Positions 61,370 to 64,000 of a stretch of 64,000 bases of DNA are shown here, in pieces. The notes under the pieces are model-generated. The model was not told the DNA's origin and did not search any database. It saw nothing but the letters and a program-made list of their open reading frames with translations. Numbering within the stretch: position 1 is the stretch's first letter; every line of letters starts with the position of its first letter. Source of the DNA: Candidatus Omnitrophota bacterium (GTDB taxonomy: Bacteria; Omnitrophota; Gorgyraeia; Gygaellales; Profunditerraquicolaceae); the NCBI GenBank assembly GCA_026416665.1, contig JAOAET010000015.1, positions 4,433-68,432 of the forward strand. The letters are read 5' to 3'. The position numbers and the translations under genes were made by a program.

Positions 61370-62614
61370 TTATTCTTCTAAAAGCCCTAAAATTAACTTA
61401 GCAAGTTTTAAGGTATCATGTCTTACCATCTGATCTTCTAAAGTTATTGTGTCATCTTCTATAACCCGATAACCCATTGCTTGAATAGACTTACGGCTAT
61501 AGGCAACAGGATAAGCTCCTTCACTGGCATAACGTTTAAGAATATGCTCTGGGATTTTAGCGGTATTCACAATGCAATAGTCTAATATCCGAGGATGGCT
61601 ATGAGAAATTAAGTATTTAATATGCATGGCTGCGTTAAAACCATCTGTCTCCCCAGGTTGAGTCATCACGTTGCAAACGTAAACTTTAACTGCTGAAGAA
61701 TTAACTATTGCTTGTGTTATCTGATGGACCAAAAGATTGGGTAAAATACTGGTAAATAATGAACCCGGACCCAACACAATAACATCCGCATCTTTAATTG
61801 CTCTGAGTGCTTCTTTAGATGCAGAAACATCAGCTGGTTTTAAAAATACCTTTTCAATAGCCTTACGTTGTTTAGGTATGTTGTTTTCTCCTTCCACAAT
61901 ACTGCCGTCTTTAAACTTGGCTACCAAAACAACTTTTTCTAAAGTTGAAGGTAAAACCTGCCCTCGCAAGGCAAGCACACGACTTGTCTCTTGCACAGCT
62001 TTTTCAAAATCACCGGTTAAGCGTGTCATTACCGTGATAAACAAATTACCAAAACTATGCCCTGCTAACTCTGAACCTTCTTCAAAACGAAACTGAAATA
62101 ATTGTCGCATCATACTAGAAGCATCCGCAAGCGCAACTAAACAGTTTCGGATATCTCCTGGTGGTAAAATATCAAATTGTTTGCGTATTCTACCAGAAGA
62201 ACCGCCGTCGTCAGCAACAGTCACAATGGCTGAGATGTTTGAACTATACTCTTTAAGACCAGTTAAAAGCATACTCAAACCCGTGCCACCGCCGATAGCT
62301 ACTATTTTTGGACCTCGAGCCAGCTGCTTACGAACATAGAGAATATCTACTAACTCATCTTGTCGGCTGGGAGGAACAAAGACATTAATCATTGCTCCGA
62401 TTAAACGTTTAATGCCTAAAATTAATAAACCCAGCCCCGAGACTAAGATAATTGCATCTAGTAATTTTATAACAAAAAAATTACTGGGAGGCAGTCCCCT
62501 AAATCCTAGTAAAAGTAGAACAATCCCAAAGGCAATAAGTCCTATCCAGCGCTTTATGCCAATACCTGGGTATAACCATAAAAAAATACGCCTGATTTTA
62601 TTTATCATAAGCAC
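61370..62614 (-). CDS. YvcK/UPF0052 (CofD-like) gluconeogenesis-factor family protein with an N-terminal transmembrane extension.
   Basis: The core motif is IVAIGGGTGLSMLLTGLKEY. It is preceded by about 90 aa containing two predicted hydrophobic helices. Confidence 0.8.
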   Translation of the reverse strand: MLMINKIRRIFLWLYPGIGIKRWIGLIAFGIVLLLLGFRGLPPSNFFVIKLLDAIILVSGLGLLILGIKRLIGAMINVFVPPSRQDELVDILYVRKQLARGPKIVAIGGGTGLSMLLTGLKEYSSNISAIVTVADDGGSSGRIRKQFDILPPGDIRNCLVALADASSMMRQLFQFRFEEGSELAGHSFGNLFITVMTRLTGDFEKAVQETSRVLALRGQVLPSTLEKVVLVAKFKDGSIVEGENNIPKQRKAIEKVFLKPADVSASKEALRAIKDADVIVLGPGSLFTSILPNLLVHQITQAIVNSSAVKVYVCNVMTQPGETDGFNAAMHIKYLISHSHPRILDYCIVNTAKIPEHILKRYASEGAYPVAYSRKSIQAMGYRVIEDDTITLEDQMVRHDTLKLAKLILGLLEE

Positions 62615-62623
62615 GCATCAAAA

Positions 62624-63109
62624 TTACACCTTCTCATCTTCTTGCGCGATGATATCTAAAATTTGTTTCTCATTAGTGGCATTTCTTAAGTTATCACGGA
62701 AGAATTTATCTTTAAAAAGACGGGAGATGCGCGCTAATGCTTTAAGATGCGGGCCTGCAGAATCTTGAGCAGCTAAGAGAAGAAAGAAGATATAAACTGG
62801 TTCTCCATCAAGTGAATCAAAGTCTACACCTTTTTTAGATAATGCTAAAGCTGCAACCAATTTAGAGACACAATCAGTTTTGGCATGAGGAATAGCAATA
62901 CCTTGACCTATAGCAGTAGAACCTAAAGATTCGCGCTCCATAATTGCTGCTATAACTTTTGCGCGGTTTGCTTTATCTATCTCACCAGCATTAATTAGAA
63001 GATCAACTAACTCCCGAATAGCGTCTTCTTTTCGTGAAGCCTTCAAATCAGCGGTGATTGCTTGTTTAGAGAGAAAATCCATTATTCTCATAAAAAACTC
63101 CTTTCTCAA
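62624..63109 (-). CDS. ptsN: PTS EIIA (fructose/nitrogen type, PtsN-like).
   Basis: DFLSKQAITADLKASRKEDAIRELVDLL and GQGIAIPHAKT (active-site His). The start may be an internal Met (MRIMDFL, around 63091). Confidence 0.75.
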   Translation of the reverse strand: MRKEFFMRIMDFLSKQAITADLKASRKEDAIRELVDLLINAGEIDKANRAKVIAAIMERESLGSTAIGQGIAIPHAKTDCVSKLVAALALSKKGVDFDSLDGEPVYIFFLLLAAQDSAGPHLKALARISRLFKDKFFRDNLRNATNEKQILDIIAQEDEKV

Positions 63110-63197
63110 AATCTAAGTTGCAAACAGCAAGCAGCTGTCTATTTTCTTAGATTTCTACAAAATTAAAACAAGATGGAAATTTAATATTATAAGTTAA

Positions 63198-63270
63198 AGC
63201 GGGAGACGGGGTTCGAACCCGCGACAACTACCTTGGCAAGGTAGCGCTCTACCAACTGAGCTACTCCCGC
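63198..63270 (-). tRNA. tRNA-Gly (anticodon GCC).
   Basis: Reverse complement reads GCGGGAGTAGCTCAGTTGGTAGAGCGCTACCTTGCCAAGGTAGTTGTCGCGGGTTCGAACCCCGTCTCCCGCT. It folds as a cloverleaf with anticodon loop TTGCCAA. Confidence 0.8.
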
Positions 63271-63387
63271 AAGTACTAACCTTAACCTTTTATTAAAACT
63301 GTCTTTTTGTCCCTGGCTAAAAAATTTTTTATAAACCTCTTTCGAACAAATTGTTTCCTGAGTTAATTTGTCTGCTGTGGGAACTCC

Positions 63388-63469
63388 TGCGGACGGAGGG
63401 ATTTGAACCCCCACAGGTCTCCCCAACAGCTCCTAAGGCTGTCGCGTCTGCCAGTTCCGCCACGTCCGC
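63388..63469 (-). tRNA. tRNA-Leu (anticodon TAG) with a long variable arm.
   Basis: Reverse complement reads GCGGACGTGGCGGAACTGGCAGACGCGACAGCCTTAGGAGCTGTTGGGGAGACCTGTGGGGGTTCAAATCCCTCCGTCCGCA. The anticodon loop is CTTAGGA and the extra arm is GGGGAGACCTGTG. Confidence 0.75.
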
Positions 63470-63566
63470 TCACCTTAGATTAGAAATATCTTATCTCTCA
63501 TTACCACTACTAATTTAATGGTAAACCAGATAAATAATCTCGTCTCTGGTCATCTTAATAATCAAA

Positions 63567-63639
63567 TGAGCCTCCCGCGACTCGAACGCGGCACACCCAC
63601 CTTAAAAGGGTGGTGCTCTACCTGATGAGCTAGAGGCCC
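63567..63639 (-). tRNA. tRNA-Lys (anticodon TTT).
   Basis: Reverse complement reads GGGCCTCTAGCTCATCAGGTAGAGCACCACCCTTTTAAGGTGGGTGTGCCGCGTTCGAGTCGCGGGAGGCTCA. The anticodon loop is CTTTTAA. Confidence 0.8.
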
Positions 63640-63648
63640 AAATTTTTT

Positions 63649-64000
63649 CTAAAATTCTAAAACTTCTTTTTCTTTAACCTTCAATATTTCTTCTATCTTA
63701 GCAGAATACTTATCTACTAATTTTTGAATCTCATCTAAAGAGCGAAACTTATCATCTTCGGTAATAACTTTATCTTTTTGCCATTTTTCTAACTGTTCTT
63801 TTGCTTCATGGCGTATTGTCCGAATAGAAATCCGACCATCTTCTGCCATCTTATGAACCAGTTTTACTAATTCTTGTCTGCGCTCTTTAGAAAGCGCCGG
63901 AACAGTCAAACGTATCACTTTTCCGTCAGTAGAAGGTGTCAACCCTAAATTAGACTTTAAAATAGCTTTTTCTATCTCGGGAATAGCGCTGGGATCCCAA
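63649..64000 (-). CDS. frr: Ribosome recycling factor (C-terminal part; the gene runs off the window end).
   Basis: VIRLTVPALSKERRQELVKLVHKMAEDGRISIRTIRHEAKEQLEK matches the RRF C-terminal helices. The reading frame stays open upstream through position 64000. Confidence 0.85.
   Translation of the reverse strand, partial: WDPSAIPEIEKAILKSNLGLTPSTDGKVIRLTVPALSKERRQELVKLVHKMAEDGRISIRTIRHEAKEQLEKWQKDKVITEDDKFRSLDEIQKLVDKYSAKIEEILKVKEKEVLEF

Noticed and set aside
63187-63426. A 79-aa minus-strand ORF in the track.
   Set aside because: It is translated straight through the tRNA-Gly and tRNA-Leu genes. It is an ORF-finder artefact.
1-64000. Search for a CRISPR array, transposase or integrase, or a phage or defence island, especially next to the tRNA genes at 3301-3512, 21666-21737 and 63198-63639.
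   Set aside because: There are no direct-repeat/spacer arrays, and no ORF has transposase, integrase or phage hallmarks. All genes flanking the tRNAs are housekeeping genes. There are no unexplained intergenic gaps larger than 300 bp.

Overview
This is a gene-dense, low-GC stretch of chromosomal core genome, and I found no clear novel system in it. More than 90% of the window is coding and almost all genes lie on the minus strand. I identified 7 tRNAs, all on the minus strand. The content points to a didermic (outer-membrane) anaerobe-like bacterium.

Recognisable blocks, in order along the window:
- serS, then rtcB, a PilZ gene and archease (RNA-repair-like), then tRNA-Lys, tRNA-Arg and a COG0731-type radical SAM gene.
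- lpxI, lpxA, a fused lpxC-fabZ, lpxD, skp and bamA (outer membrane and lipid A), preceded by a CHASE2/HD-GYP c-di-GMP phosphodiesterase.
- rpsF-ssb-rpsR-rplI-dnaB.
- pth-rplY-prs-glmU-tRNA-Gln-spoVG-ispE, a Firmicutes-like gene order.
- A split transketolase, a TPR protein and hisG.
- A plus-strand ppiD-like chaperone, then a four-subunit 2-oxoacid:ferredoxin oxidoreductase with its ferredoxin.
- A MetE-like gene, ybaB, and an NAD-salvage and redox block (pncA, pncB, tlpA, ccdA, cutA, flavodoxin, sirtuin).
- Rhomboid, yfiH, yggU, rmuC, ttcA and a prepilin peptidase.
- aroE, then leuA-ilvC-ilvN-ilvB-ilvD, then a divergent class II aldolase with pfkA.
- A DUF4139 gene, ahcY and metK.
- ptsI-ptsH-yvcK-ptsN (nitrogen PTS), three tRNAs (Gly, Leu, Lys) and a partial frr at the window end.

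I found no transposase or integrase, no CRISPR array and no recognisable defence island.

The most unusual items I can support:
- A PilZ c-di-GMP receptor gene sits between rtcB and archease, next to tRNA genes and a radical SAM gene.
- SpoVG carries an inserted CxxC-CxxC zinc ribbon.
- An unannotated 33-aa arginine/lysine-rich ORF with a strong ribosome binding site, resembling ribosomal protein bS22, lies just downstream of hisG.
- LpxC and FabZ are fused in one ORF.
- An in-frame hexanucleotide repeat sits inside the CHASE2 sensor domain.
- The SSB lacks the canonical DDDIPF C-terminal tip.
- A perfect 11-bp inverted repeat lies in the hisG/ppiD divergent promoter region.

Functional calls rest on conserved motifs I read directly in the translated ORFs. 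No database searches were run.
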